64,000 nt of DNA. It comes from Ministeria vibrans ATCC 50519 (Eukaryota > Protista > Filasterea). The stretch is from contig CALSCP010000524.1 in assembly GCA_943704425.1 (NCBI GenBank), positions 20,562 through 84,561 on the forward strand. The letters run 5' to 3'. Under the pieces are notes generated by a model, which searched no databases, was not told where the DNA came from, and saw nothing but the letters and a program-made list of their open reading frames with translations. Both the position numbers and the translations under genes were made by a program. Positions within the stretch are counted from its first letter, which is position 1. The number at the start of each line of letters is the position of its first letter. Positions 1 through 11,862 of this stretch are shown here, piece by piece.

Positions 1-114
1 GCTTACTAACCTTCCGCCCACCACCACCACCACCACACACACACATACACACACATCATGATTGTTCTTATATAAACAAAACCCGGTCAATATTAGACTC
101 CGGAGTTTTTTTTT

Positions 115-1377
115 TTACATTCCAATGGGCCCAAACGAAAACTGTTCGTCTTCTTTTGCTTTTCGAATGAGCTCTTCACGGACCCTCTTTTGTTCTTCCT
201 TGCGCTGCAGATACCTCTCTTTGGCCGCACTCACCGCCCCACTCTCATTCCTTCGCTCAACCAATCGAGATTTCTTCTCCTGTTCCTGCTTTTGCTCTTC
301 CTCAGCGCGCTTCCGCTTGATTTCCCGCAACGATTCTTCCTCTTCCGCTCTTCTTCGCTTCCGATCGTGCTCTCTCCGTTCCCGCCGCTCTTCTTCCTCT
401 CTCTCCGTCCTCTCTCGCTCTTTCTTCTCCCGTTCCTCCTGCGCCTCCTTCTCTTTCTTCCGTTCCTCCGCACTCGATTCCTCCGCCGCACTTCCACCCC
501 CATACGCAACATTGGTCCGATCCAACAGATTCCGATAGAACCCATTCATCCCACTCCGACTCACGCCATGTCGCTGCTCATACGCCTCTCGCTTCTTTTC
601 AGCCTCCTCATCCTTGCGCAACTCTGCCAGCTTGTCCTTATACGCTCCCGTCATAAACTGCTCCTTGTCTGCAAACTCCCCCTCTTCCTTCTCCAGCTCG
701 CGCTGCGCCTGTCGCTCGTACAAACGCTCCTGATCCCGCTTCCGTTCCGCCGCCATGCGCATCAACGACTCAATGTGTTTTGGCTTTGCTTTGTCTTCGC
801 GTCGTCGTTGTTCCTAACAGACGGAAGTGGAGAGAGCGCGCGCGCATGTGTGAGTGAGACGACTACACGGGTTGTCGTGATGTTACTTGAGGATCTCGAA
901 CAAGTTTCGCTTCGGACACTTGCTCGTACACTTCGTCATACGAATATGCGTTAGGGTCTTCCTTAAGGATTGCCTGTTGCTCGAGTTCCGCCTGTTAAGA
1001 CAGAAAAAAAAAAAAAAGAAGATTGGAATGGTCATTGTGTTGTCTCTTGGCCAGCAGCAGCAGCGCCTTACGCGTCTCTGTCGCTTCTGCGCCTCTTTCT
1101 CGATCATTTTATTGGCGTTAGCACGCTCCGACAGACTCGTGGGCATCACAGGCTTCTTGCCATACTTAGACGGGGGTCTGCGGCGACGGTCGTCGTCGTC
1201 AGAGTCCGCTTGCTGCGTCGTTTGATCGTCGTCGTTGTCGTCGTCGTCGTCGTCAAAAATACTCGCCTTTGGCAGAGCTGGGCGCGCTGTCTTTGCCGCT
1301 GCTACTGACGCACCTGTCGCCGTCTTGACGTTCGATCGAATCACCAAGCCGTATTGTTTTGTTGGCGCGCCCGACAT
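115..1377 (-). CDS. NSRP1: Nuclear speckle splicing regulatory protein 1 / CCDC55-like (DUF2040 coiled coil), 3 exons (~1377-1072, 991-887, 813-115)
   Basis: N-terminal KQYGLV and SIFDDD; ERKRDQERLYERQAQRELEKEEGEFADKEQFMTGAYKDKL and C-terminal SAAKERYLQRK match the DUF2040/NSRP1 family; GT-AG introns keep frame. Confidence 0.85.
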
Positions 1378-1501
1378 GAGAAAGAGATGGAAATAAAAGT
1401 AGACTGTAGAATATGGATGAATGATCATTATTGAAAAATGAAATCTTTATTCTTTCGGGATTCCGTCTCTTTTTTTTCACTCCTTCACTACTTATATCAA
1501 A

Positions 1502-2213
1502 ATGGCTCGTGGACTCGCAAAGCAGCAGTCAAAGGAAAAGGCCACGAAGAAGGTGCGTCGGAGAGAGACAGACAGACAGACTCTATTGCGAAACACTATG
1601 CCACCGTGCGCGCCTGCTCAAATGCCTACTTTCATTCACTGCAATGCCCATTTTTGCTCATCGTGGCGCCCGCAAGCTCCGCGGACACAGTGTGCTTTTT
1701 TTTTGTGACGAGCCAGATGTCATTTCGCATCGCATACTTCACTTCGCTTTGGCCTTTGCGCCGTCTCTGGTGCGTTGTGCGCCGTGCGCAGTGGCCTTGG
1801 TGCAAGCCAGCGGGTGTCGCCTGGCACTCGTCCGTGGCACGCCCGTCGTTTCCCGCTCTGTCCGGCTGTCCATGCCAAGTGAAACCGACCACTCTCTTTT
1901 TTTCGCGTCACTCGCACACTCACTCACTCCACACGAGCCGCGTTTAACCTCACATTCTCCTTCCCGCACCCTTCCAGGCTGCCGGCGTGAACAAGGCCCA
2001 CGACCAAAAAAAGGCCAAGGAGGCGTCGCTCACCTTCATTTGCCCCGTCTGCAAAGTAAGCATCAACACACATGCAAGCGTACGCTGCTCGCGCCCTCTC
2101 ACTCCTCGCCCCCTCCCCACTTGCAGATTCAAGGTCCTAGAAAGGCTGCAATGAGGGTGCATTTCGAGTCCAAGCACGACAAGTTGCCTGTGCCCGCTGA
2201 GTTCCTCGACTGA
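1502..2213 (+). CDS. ZNF706: Small 4F5/SERF-like plus C2H2 zinc-finger protein (ZNF706-like), 3 exons (1502-1552, ~1978-2055, ~2127-2213)
   Basis: Spliced product MARGLAKQQSKEKATKK|AAGVNKAHDQKKAKEASLTFICPVCK|IQGPRKAAMRVHFESKHDKLPVPAEFLD has the MARG..K.QS start, CPVC and HFESKH. Confidence 0.8.
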
Positions 2214-2330
2214 ACCTCAAACCAATCAATATCTCACCTGTAGCCACGTCCTTTCCTTTTTTTTTTTTGCCCAAGTACACCTTTCTTGTTCCTTTACTAC
2301 TATGATTTACGATCCGTATCCTCCTCCGCG

Positions 2331-3411
<1,081 letters not shown>

Positions 3412-3526
3412 TCCAAGACTCAAGAGAGAATCAGATGAAGCAATACGAGTCACAAAAAATTGACTTCTGATTTCTGAACTATCTTGTGAAAAAATATTCA
3501 GAACAAGGTTTATTCAACTTAATTTC

Positions 3527-6109
3527 ATGGAACAGGATCGGCTGCTACGCGACGCCAAAGCACTGCGCGAGCGCTTGTCGCTTGGATCGGCGACAACGTC
3601 GCCGTTGACGATGAAACGTTCCGCTGGACAGGCGCAGAGCTGGTCTCCGTCGCCCTTTGCGAATTCGCTTCGCAGCTCAACAACGACCGTCTCCTCCGCT
3701 CCGACGACTCCTCAGCGCACCCTCGCCTCGTCCATGTATGCGTCGATAACCTCGCCATCGACCAGGCCTAGTGCGTCGTCGTCGACGAGTGTGGATGTCG
3801 AGCATTTGCGTGCAACGGTTCACGCGCTACGCGACGAAAATTCCAAATTGTTGGCGCAGTCGCAGATGCTCACGGCCAACCTGCGCGCCGCCGAGGACGC
3901 CCGTCGACTTGCACATGACAAGTGCGCAGCGACTGCCGCCGACGACAGTCGTCTGGTGGAACTGAGACGTGAGCTACAGCGACGCGACGACGAACTCGCC
4001 GCGGCCACCCAGACACAGCAAGGACAGGCCATCCGCATGCGAAACCTCCAGCAGGGACTGGTGGCGGCTGCAGCGCGCGAGGAAGAGTTTGATGCACGGC
4101 AGGGGATGCTCAACAGGGAAGTGGAGGAGGCGCGACAGCGGATTGTGCAGCTGGAGCGAGAGAGACAGGCGGGGCAAGCGGATCTGCACACTGCCCATCG
4201 CGAGGTGTTGCAGCTGACGGGGTCAACACGCGAGGCACTCGACCATGCGGATGCCAGTGTACGTGAAAAAGCTCAAGTGGAGCTTGAGATGGTGGGTTTG
4301 CGCGAACAGGTGGACGCTGCGGCACGAGAGGTGGAGCAGAGTCGGGCGGACGCAGAGAGACGTGTTGAGGCTGCCGAAGAAGTTGCGCGTCAACTGCACG
4401 CGCAGCTGGAGGAGTTGGAGCGTGAAAAAGAACACAGTGAGGTGCGGATACGACGTGCAGAGAAGCGAGCAGAGACAGCGGAGGCAAAGAGCCGGCAGGA
4501 TCAAGAGCAACGCGCGGCCGCGACCGCCAAGCTAGACGTGTGGGAGCGTCGAGTGCGCGAGGCTGAGAGTGGGCGTGCTGCGGCTGTTACTGCAGTTCAG
4601 CAGGCGCGGAGCGAGGCAACACGTGCTCGCGAGGAAGTCGCGGAGCGCGATGCGGAGGTGGTGTCGCTGACGCGCGAGCGCGATGAGTTGCGTCTGTCAA
4701 GTGTACACACGCGAGACGCACTTGTGGATGCACGACGCGACACGGACACGGCACAGGCTGAAATTGGCCTGTTAACGCAGCAAGCAGATGGAATGCGACG
4801 CGAGCGAGATTCAGCTGTGGCCCGATTGCGTGAGATGATGCAGCAACAGAGTGTGGTGGTTCAGGAGGGACGGGAGGCGACCAGTGAGCGAGTGCGGCTC
4901 GAGAGGCGTGCGGAAGCGCTCGAGAGTGCGCGCGTAAGCGCAGAGGATCGGGCGGGACGCGCTGAAGGACGACGACGCGAGGCAGAGGAGCGTGTGGAGG
5001 CACTTGAGACGCGTTTGGCAGAGGTGAGTGGGGAGCGGAGTGCCCTGGCAATGGCACACGAGAAACTGGAGCGGGAGTTGGGTGGGTTGCGCGAGCGCAC
5101 TGGGGAACAGGAGGAGCGTATGCGATTGGGCGCTGAGGAAACGGCGCAGTTGCGACGCGACGGAGAGCGGCAGCGCAAGCAGTGCGCGTTGATGGAGCGC
5201 GAATTGGAGGAGTTGGGGCAGAAGCTGAAGTGTGCGGAAGAAGGGAATAGTGGCAATGAAGCGACCATGCGCGAATTTGAAGGCGCACTGGAGAGCCAAG
5301 AGAAGCGTGTTGAGGAGCTTGTACAGGAGGTGGGGCGGATGCGGAGTGAGCGAGAGCGACTGCAACGCGCATTGAGTGCTATGGGATCGCGTGCGGAAAT
5401 GGCGGAGGAGCGCGCACGGGAGCACAGTGAGTGTGCGGGCAAAGTGGCACAGCTGACGATGATGTGTGAGGCACAGAGTGAGGCACTGTGTGCCGTTGAG
5501 CCGGATGTGCTGGCACTAGCGCATCGACAGAGCGTGGATGGGAGTGCGTCGCCTCTGCGCGCGTCGGTGTTACGTGAGTCGTTGCGTCGCGCAAGTGACG
5601 CGGCGAGTGTGCGCGGCGCACGAGAGGCCAAACTGACGGAGCGGGTGCGTGAGTTGGAGGCAGAGCTGCGCGAGTCACAGCAGACGTGTAGGGAGCTCAA
5701 GGACCGTGAACACACACTGGTGGATGCGTTGCGACGGGTGCAGGAGTCGCTTGGGGCGACACGGACAGACACGGAGCGACTGAGGGAGCACGGCGAGCGC
5801 ATGGAGATGGAGCACCGGCATGAGATGGGGATGGTCGTGGAAGGACACGAGCGAGCGGCTCGCGCGGCCAGCGAGGCTTTGCGCGGCTGTCAGACCGAGT
5901 TGGGACGTATATCGGCCGAACGCGATGCACTAAGGACTGCTCTGGCGCGCGTGCGCGAGACCAGTCGAAGTAGCAACACAAGAGGAGCATCTACCGTGAG
6001 TGCAATGAGTTCGCCAGTGGATATGTTGCGGGAGTCACGAGTCGCTTCGCAGACCGCGCGCCAGCAGGCACTGTTGGTAGATCAAGAGTTGAACCAGTAT
6101 CATATTTAA
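3527..6109 (+). CDS. Single-exon long coiled-coil protein (860 aa), function unknown
   Basis: Uninterrupted ORF; Ser/Thr-rich N-terminus followed by ~700 aa of E/R/A/L heptads. Confidence 0.8.
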   Translation: MEQDRLLRDAKALRERLSLGSATTSPLTMKRSAGQAQSWSPSPFANSLRSSTTTVSSAPTTPQRTLASSMYASITSPSTRPSASSSTSVDVEHLRATVHALRDENSKLLAQSQMLTANLRAAEDARRLAHDKCAATAADDSRLVELRRELQRRDDELAAATQTQQGQAIRMRNLQQGLVAAAAREEEFDARQGMLNREVEEARQRIVQLERERQAGQADLHTAHREVLQLTGSTREALDHADASVREKAQVELEMVGLREQVDAAAREVEQSRADAERRVEAAEEVARQLHAQLEELEREKEHSEVRIRRAEKRAETAEAKSRQDQEQRAAATAKLDVWERRVREAESGRAAAVTAVQQARSEATRAREEVAERDAEVVSLTRERDELRLSSVHTRDALVDARRDTDTAQAEIGLLTQQADGMRRERDSAVARLREMMQQQSVVVQEGREATSERVRLERRAEALESARVSAEDRAGRAEGRRREAEERVEALETRLAEVSGERSALAMAHEKLERELGGLRERTGEQEERMRLGAEETAQLRRDGERQRKQCALMERELEELGQKLKCAEEGNSGNEATMREFEGALESQEKRVEELVQEVGRMRSERERLQRALSAMGSRAEMAEERAREHSECAGKVAQLTMMCEAQSEALCAVEPDVLALAHRQSVDGSASPLRASVLRESLRRASDAASVRGAREAKLTERVRELEAELRESQQTCRELKDREHTLVDALRRVQESLGATRTDTERLREHGERMEMEHRHEMGMVVEGHERAARAASEALRGCQTELGRISAERDALRTALARVRETSRSSNTRGASTVSAMSSPVDMLRESRVASQTARQQALLVDQELNQYHI

Positions 6110-6266
6110 AAGCAAAAAACGCGGGTGAGTAAGAGACGGCGAAACAAACTGTATTTTTATTAAGTTTATTGATTTACAACACAAAAAAAAGGAGGGAGAA
6201 AGCAAAGTGATCGAGAAAGATAGGGGACAAAGTGATAGGGTGTGTGTGCATGCGTAAAGTGAGTCA

Positions 6267-8922
6267 TCATTCGACATCCGATTTCCTTCGAAGTGAGCAG
6301 AAGTTGAAAAGACGGATTTGGGTCTGGTCTGGGGCAACATCATCAATGGATCTGTTCAAAGGAACAGAGCTACGGACGGCAGCAGCAAGCTAAGGATTGT
6401 CATTAAGGGTAGAATTAGAATTCGGCGTTGGGGATAGACAGACTACACTTGTCTAGTCGCTACCAATCTGAGTTGTATTACCTGTAGTTTGTTGAACGTG
6501 AGCCTCCAAATGACTCCTGAGCGATTCACACTGAGAAGGTCATGGAGAAAATGACCCGTTGCAATGTCCCACACTTTGATAGTGCCATCATCAGACCCAC
6601 TCACAATCTACAAAGAAGGTATGTCAGACAAAAGTACGCCAGAACACACCATATAACACACACATCATAACACGAAAGAAAAATAACGACATATCACAGT
6701 CATAAAATGTCACAAACACATTTTTTAAAAGCAACTGACTCTGTGGTCGTCACTGTAAATGCACGTCACCGCCGCACGATGACCCTGGAAAGTGTGCACA
6801 AGCGCACCCGTCTCAATGTTCCACAGCTGATTCGCACCATGGGAAAAAGAGTGAAACAAAGACAAATCAGTACTGGTTTTCGAATCGATGCCAAAGATGA
6901 AAATTTTTTGCACTCGCACACACATAAGTATACCTTAATCGTGGAATCAGCATTCCCCGACACCAGCAGATTCCCATGTAACCGCAGCACCCCCACCAGA
7001 GAGTGATGGCCGCGCAGCACGAACTTGGCCCGCCCCTTCACCACATCCCATACCCATATTTCAGTGTCCAGTGAGCCACTCACTGCTGTTTCTCCGTCAA
7101 ATTGCATTGAGTAGATCTGGCAAAAAAAAAAAAAAACACAATTTCAATCACTCAATCAATCCCTTACTGTGAATGTCTTACTCTCTTTGAGTGTCCCTCT
7201 AAGGAATGGTTCACTTTTCCTGTGTTTACATCCCAAACCTAAACAGATGCGACAAGTAAGTGGAAAACAATGTGACAGAGAGAGAGAGAAAAGAAAGAAA
7301 CAAAGTGATAGAGATGTTATATAAAAGAAAGAAACAAAGTGATAGAGAGAGGAGAAAGAAACAAAGTGATAGAGAGAGAGAAAAAAAGAAGAAACAGTGA
7401 TAGAGAGAAAGAAGAAAGAACAAAGTGATAGAGAGAGAAAGAAGAAGGAAACAAAGTGATAGAGAGAGAGAAGAACATACCTTAAGAGTGGTATCGTATG
7501 AAGCACTGACAACAAGTGAGTTGCGGAGACAGACACAGCGCACGGCAGCCTGGTGGCCACGAAGGACGTGCAGGCACTAAACCATAACAACATTATTAGT
7601 TTGGGTTAGAGTTAGAATAATTAATTAGAATGGGGGGTTTCTTTTCTTACAGCACCCGTTTGCATGTTCCAAACCCTCAACGTGGAGTCGCGCGAGCCCG
7701 ACACAATGGTGTTGCCTTCAACGTGCACGCAGCGCACTGTGCTCGAGTGGCCCTTGAGCTCATGCAGACACAGTCCTTGGTCAATGTCCCACACTCGCAA
7801 TGTCCGGTCCGTTGCGCCCGTCACAATCTTGTTTCCAGCACGCTCACAGCTCCACACACCTCCGGTGTGGCCGCGCAATCGGTGTTTCAACTCGCCTGTT
7901 GAATCAAAACACCCCCCGAATTGAGAGACGCAGCAACATGGATCATCAATCTGCTCATTGTACCTGTTCTGGCGTCCCACACAGACACAGTGTTGTCATC
8001 ACTACCGCTGATGATGTAATCAGAATACAGTTCCAAGCATGTAATTACACTGCCGGTGTCGTGAGCCGCAATTGTTTGCTTTTCCGTCACTCTATCGAGC
8101 GGAATTGAAAAAAAAAATTATTGTGTCTCTGTTTGCTTTTGCAACACTCTCCTTGTACCTTCCAGCTTCCCAGTTGAGTTCGAGTTCGCGGTTGGCTATG
8201 TAGACGTCTCTCCAGTGAAACAGATCGCGCGGATACGGTGGCTCGGGGACCTTGGTGGAGCGAATGCGGAGGAATGTTTCGGGAGTGTAGTTGTGCCGCT
8301 TACACAACACACGCCACAGACTGCACAAATCAAGCACAGGAGTCAGTAGACGTCGCAACCACATCCATACAACACATCCGCATATGCCACTGCACGCAAC
8401 GCCACGCGCACACGCGCACAGACGGAGCGACACACAGCCATTTTTTCTACTGTGATTTGGCTCACCTTCCGTCAAACGCGAGTTGTCTCCAGTTCCGGCA
8501 CACCTGCGATGCGCGTGCAAGCGACGGCCCGTCCAGAAAGCCCAGGATGTGGATGGCAATCTCGTGGGGCAGGCCGGACACAAAGTCGCGCTGTAGCAAA
8601 GGCGTCACTTTCGCATTAAGAGATCTGGACGAACAGAGAGAGAGAGAGAGAGGAGAAAAAAAAAAGATTTAAGGTTTGTTGGCAGAGCGGAAACGCCTCG
8701 TCTGGCGTGCGGGGTGCTCGCGACAACGTCCCCGTCCATGTCGGCATGCACTATGGAGGCTCGAGGGTGCGCGGGGACTCACCTGAGTTGAAAGTGAGAG
8801 CAAGAGAGCACAAATTGGTTCATCGCCTCCTCTTGTCTGGCTTTGTCCCACTCGTGAAAGCACGTGATCCATTGATCTACGTGATCCTCGTCCATTGGCA
8901 CCGTCTCCATCGGAGAAGACAT
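6267..8922 (-). CDS. FBXW7: F-box/WD40 protein, FBXW7/Cdc4-like, ~9 exons
   Basis: D-domain-like N-terminus; F-box RDFVSGLPHEIAIHILGFLD..LARASQVCRNW; WD40 repeats SGSDDNTVSVWD, GHTGGVWS, GHSSTVRCV, SGSRDSTLRVWN, GHQAAVRCV, SGSLDTEIWVWD, SGNADSTIK; ends IRLFNFCSLRRKSDVE*. Confidence 0.8.
7279..7478. repeat. Degenerate ~25-30 bp minisatellite with core AAACAAAGTGATAGAG, in an FBXW7 intron
   Basis: About six copies separated by purine runs. Confidence 0.8.
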
Positions 8923-9027
8923 GCTATTTATAAAAAGTGTGACAAAACTCACAAAAGTCAAAAACTCAAAAGTATCCAAAATAATCACAGACCACAGAGT
9001 GAGTCATTTCTTTTGATCTTTTTCGCA

Positions 9028-9142
9028 ATGGCTCGCACTAACGGCGTGACTGCTCGCTCGAGCCACAACCCAAAGTCGTCTTTGGATGATCAGTCTACGA
9101 GTCCCGGACCCGATGGAGCGGTAAGATAATCTTTATCATCCC

Positions 9143-9188
<46 letters not shown>

Positions 9189-11763
9189 GAAAAAAAAAAA
9201 ACTCTCTCTCTCTTTGAATATTTGAACTGTTGACTATGCGCGTGCACTCAGTCGTGCCCTGGACGTGGTGTTGTGGTGTAATGGCGTCCGGCGGCCTCCC
9301 AGGGGGCGCAACAGCCTTAAAAATGGCTCTTTGGCTTCCACGTGAATTTCACGCAACCGATTCGCACAGTCGCAATTCCCGCCACGTTTCTCGCTCGCAC
9401 GCGTCCTTCACGCGGCGCCACAAGCAGTGTATGTCGACGCGCGTCGTGGTGGGTGGAGCAGAGGGCCGGCGGGGGCGTGAGCGTGGCGCGGCGGTGGAAG
9501 GTTGATGTTCTCCGTTGTGGTTGGTCGTCCCGTCAGCCCTGACTGCCCCCAAAATCACACTCAGCGCCATCTGTTCACTCTCTGCTTCCCGCTCCTTGCT
9601 GCTGTTAGCCCCTATGCGTGTGTGTGTGTCTTCTGTGGGTGTTATCGCATTCCAACTCAAAATCAGACTCACTTTTTTTTTTTTTTTTTTTTTTTTTTTT
9701 GTGTACACTTTCAGGTCAACTCAATTCTGGGCAAGCTCAACACTCTCTTCAACGACATCTTTGAGAAGGTCCTCACCGACTACCGTCCCCTCTTTGCCGT
9801 CTTCTTCTTGCTGCCTCTGACTGTGATCTATGAGGTAAAACCCATTGAGGACCGTAACGTCTACTCACTCACTGACTGACTTGTGTGTGACTGTGTGTGT
9901 ATTTCTGTGTTTCAAAACTCTAGATTTTCTTCTACGTTCGCAACTGGATTGTGTTCAAGCTGTCGTCTGCGCCTCAGGAGCACGATCGCCGTGTGCGTCA
10001 CGTTCAGAAGCAGGTGCGCAAGTGGAAGGACGATGGCTCCAAGACGCGCATGTGCACGGCTCGTCCCGGCTGGCTCACTGTCAGCCTGCGTGTCGGCCGC
10101 TACAAGAAGACCATGACCAACATTGAAGTGAACCTGCGCGACGTCCTTGAAGTCTGCGAAAAGACCATGACCGTCCGTGTCGAGCCCCTTGTCACCATGG
10201 GCCAGCTCACGGCAACACTCCTCCCCCTCGGCTGGACCATCCCGGTCGTGCCTGAGCTTGACGATCTCACCGTCGGCGGTCTTATCAACGGATTTGGTGT
10301 CGAGACGTCCTCGCACAAGTACGGTCTCTTCCAGCACACGTGCACTGAGTTTGAGGTGAGTGTTGCACTATACAATAACAAAGTATGTTGGTGATGTATA
10401 TAGAGCTCACACATTTTGTACGTGTGCGTCACATAGCTTGTGATGGCCAATGGCAGTGTGGAGGTGTGCAACAAGGACAACAACCCCGACCTGTTCTACG
10501 CCGTGCCTTGGTCCTACGGCACTCTTGGCTTCCTCGTGTCCGCCAAGATCAAGATTATTCCCGCAAGCAAGTTTGTCCGTGTCCAGTACGAGCCGCTCTT
10601 CACTCGCGCAGACTGCTCGCGTCGTTTTGAGGAGGAGAGCCGCAAGAACACCAATGAGTTTGTCGAGGAACTCATGTACTCTCGTGATGAGGTGAACATT
10701 TTTTGCAGTGATGTATTTGCATGATGATGCGTATCTCAACATCACTCACACACAACATAATTTATGTTCTATTCTTCATTTTTTTTAGGCTGTCCTGATG
10801 ACATCCACGATGGTCAACGAAATCCCCCAGGGTGTCCCTGTCAACTCCATTGGGCGCTGGTACAAACCGTGGTTCTTCAAGCACGTCGAGACGCTTCTCA
10901 ACAACGCGCGCAAGGATAAAAAGGGCATCACCGTCGAGTGCATTCCCATCCGTGATTACTACCACCGCCACACTCGCTCCATCTTCTGGGAGTTGGGTGA
11001 CATTATCCCCTTTGGAAACAACCCCATCTTCCGTCTTCTTGCTGGCTGGATGGTTAGTACTCTACCGCACTCATATACACTTAATGACTGTGTACTTTGC
11101 CGGTTTAGGTTCCTCCTAAGATTTCGCTGCTGAAACTGACCGAGACCAAGGCAACCAAGAAGCTGTACGAGCTGCACCACGTCGTGCAGGACATGCTCAT
11201 TCCCGTGCGTGACCTCGACAAGGGCCTCGACTGCTTCCACACCGAGTTTGATCTCTACCCTCTCTGGGTAAACCACGCGACTGTAAATCAATACTTTTCT
11301 CAAAAGGTGTGTCTGTGTTCCGTAGATTTGCCCGATGCGCATCAAGACGGAAGGCAGTGAGCGCAACCCTATGTTGCGCCCGCTCGACGAAGACGAGATG
11401 TTTGTTGACCTGGGAGCGTACGGTACGCCCAAGGTCGGTAACTTTGTTGCCAAGGAGACTATGCGTCGCGTCGAGGAGTTTGTGCGCGACCACAATGGCT
11501 TCCAGGCTCTCTATGCCGACTGCTACATGTCCCGCGAGGAGTTCTATGAAATGTTTGACCATCGTCTCTATGAGAAGATGCGTGCGAAGTATGGCTGTGA
11601 GAACGCCTTCCCCGTCGTCTACGACAAGGTACCTAGTCTCTCTCTGTATCACTTGTTTTTATCCCTGTGTGTGATGTGTGAGTTCCTTTGATTGTGTTTG
11701 AATGTCACTTGTCTTTGACTCTTTTGTATCTTGTTTTAGATCTCGCGTGCTGCTCGTCTTTGA
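9028..11763 (+). CDS. DHCR24: Delta(24)-sterol reductase, 8 exons (first exon 9028-9120 inferred)
   Basis: [122 protein letters not shown]. Confidence 0.96.
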
Positions 11764-11862
11764 TTGCTTTTACTTTGAGTACACTCAATACAAAGGTGTT
11801 TTACTTTGCTTCGATTTTTGACAACAATTCAAACAAAATTCAAAGATCGATATCATGTGTAT

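Noticed and set aside
1784-1815. GCGCAGTGGC...GCCA resembles the 5' end of U4 snRNA
   Set aside because: No kink-turn GA/UGA elements and no Sm site at the expected distance downstream
9490-9672. GGAAGGT and AATCAGAC resemble RNase P RNA P4 strands
   Set aside because: The strands do not pair properly; GACTCAC is better explained as the branch point before the poly(T) acceptor
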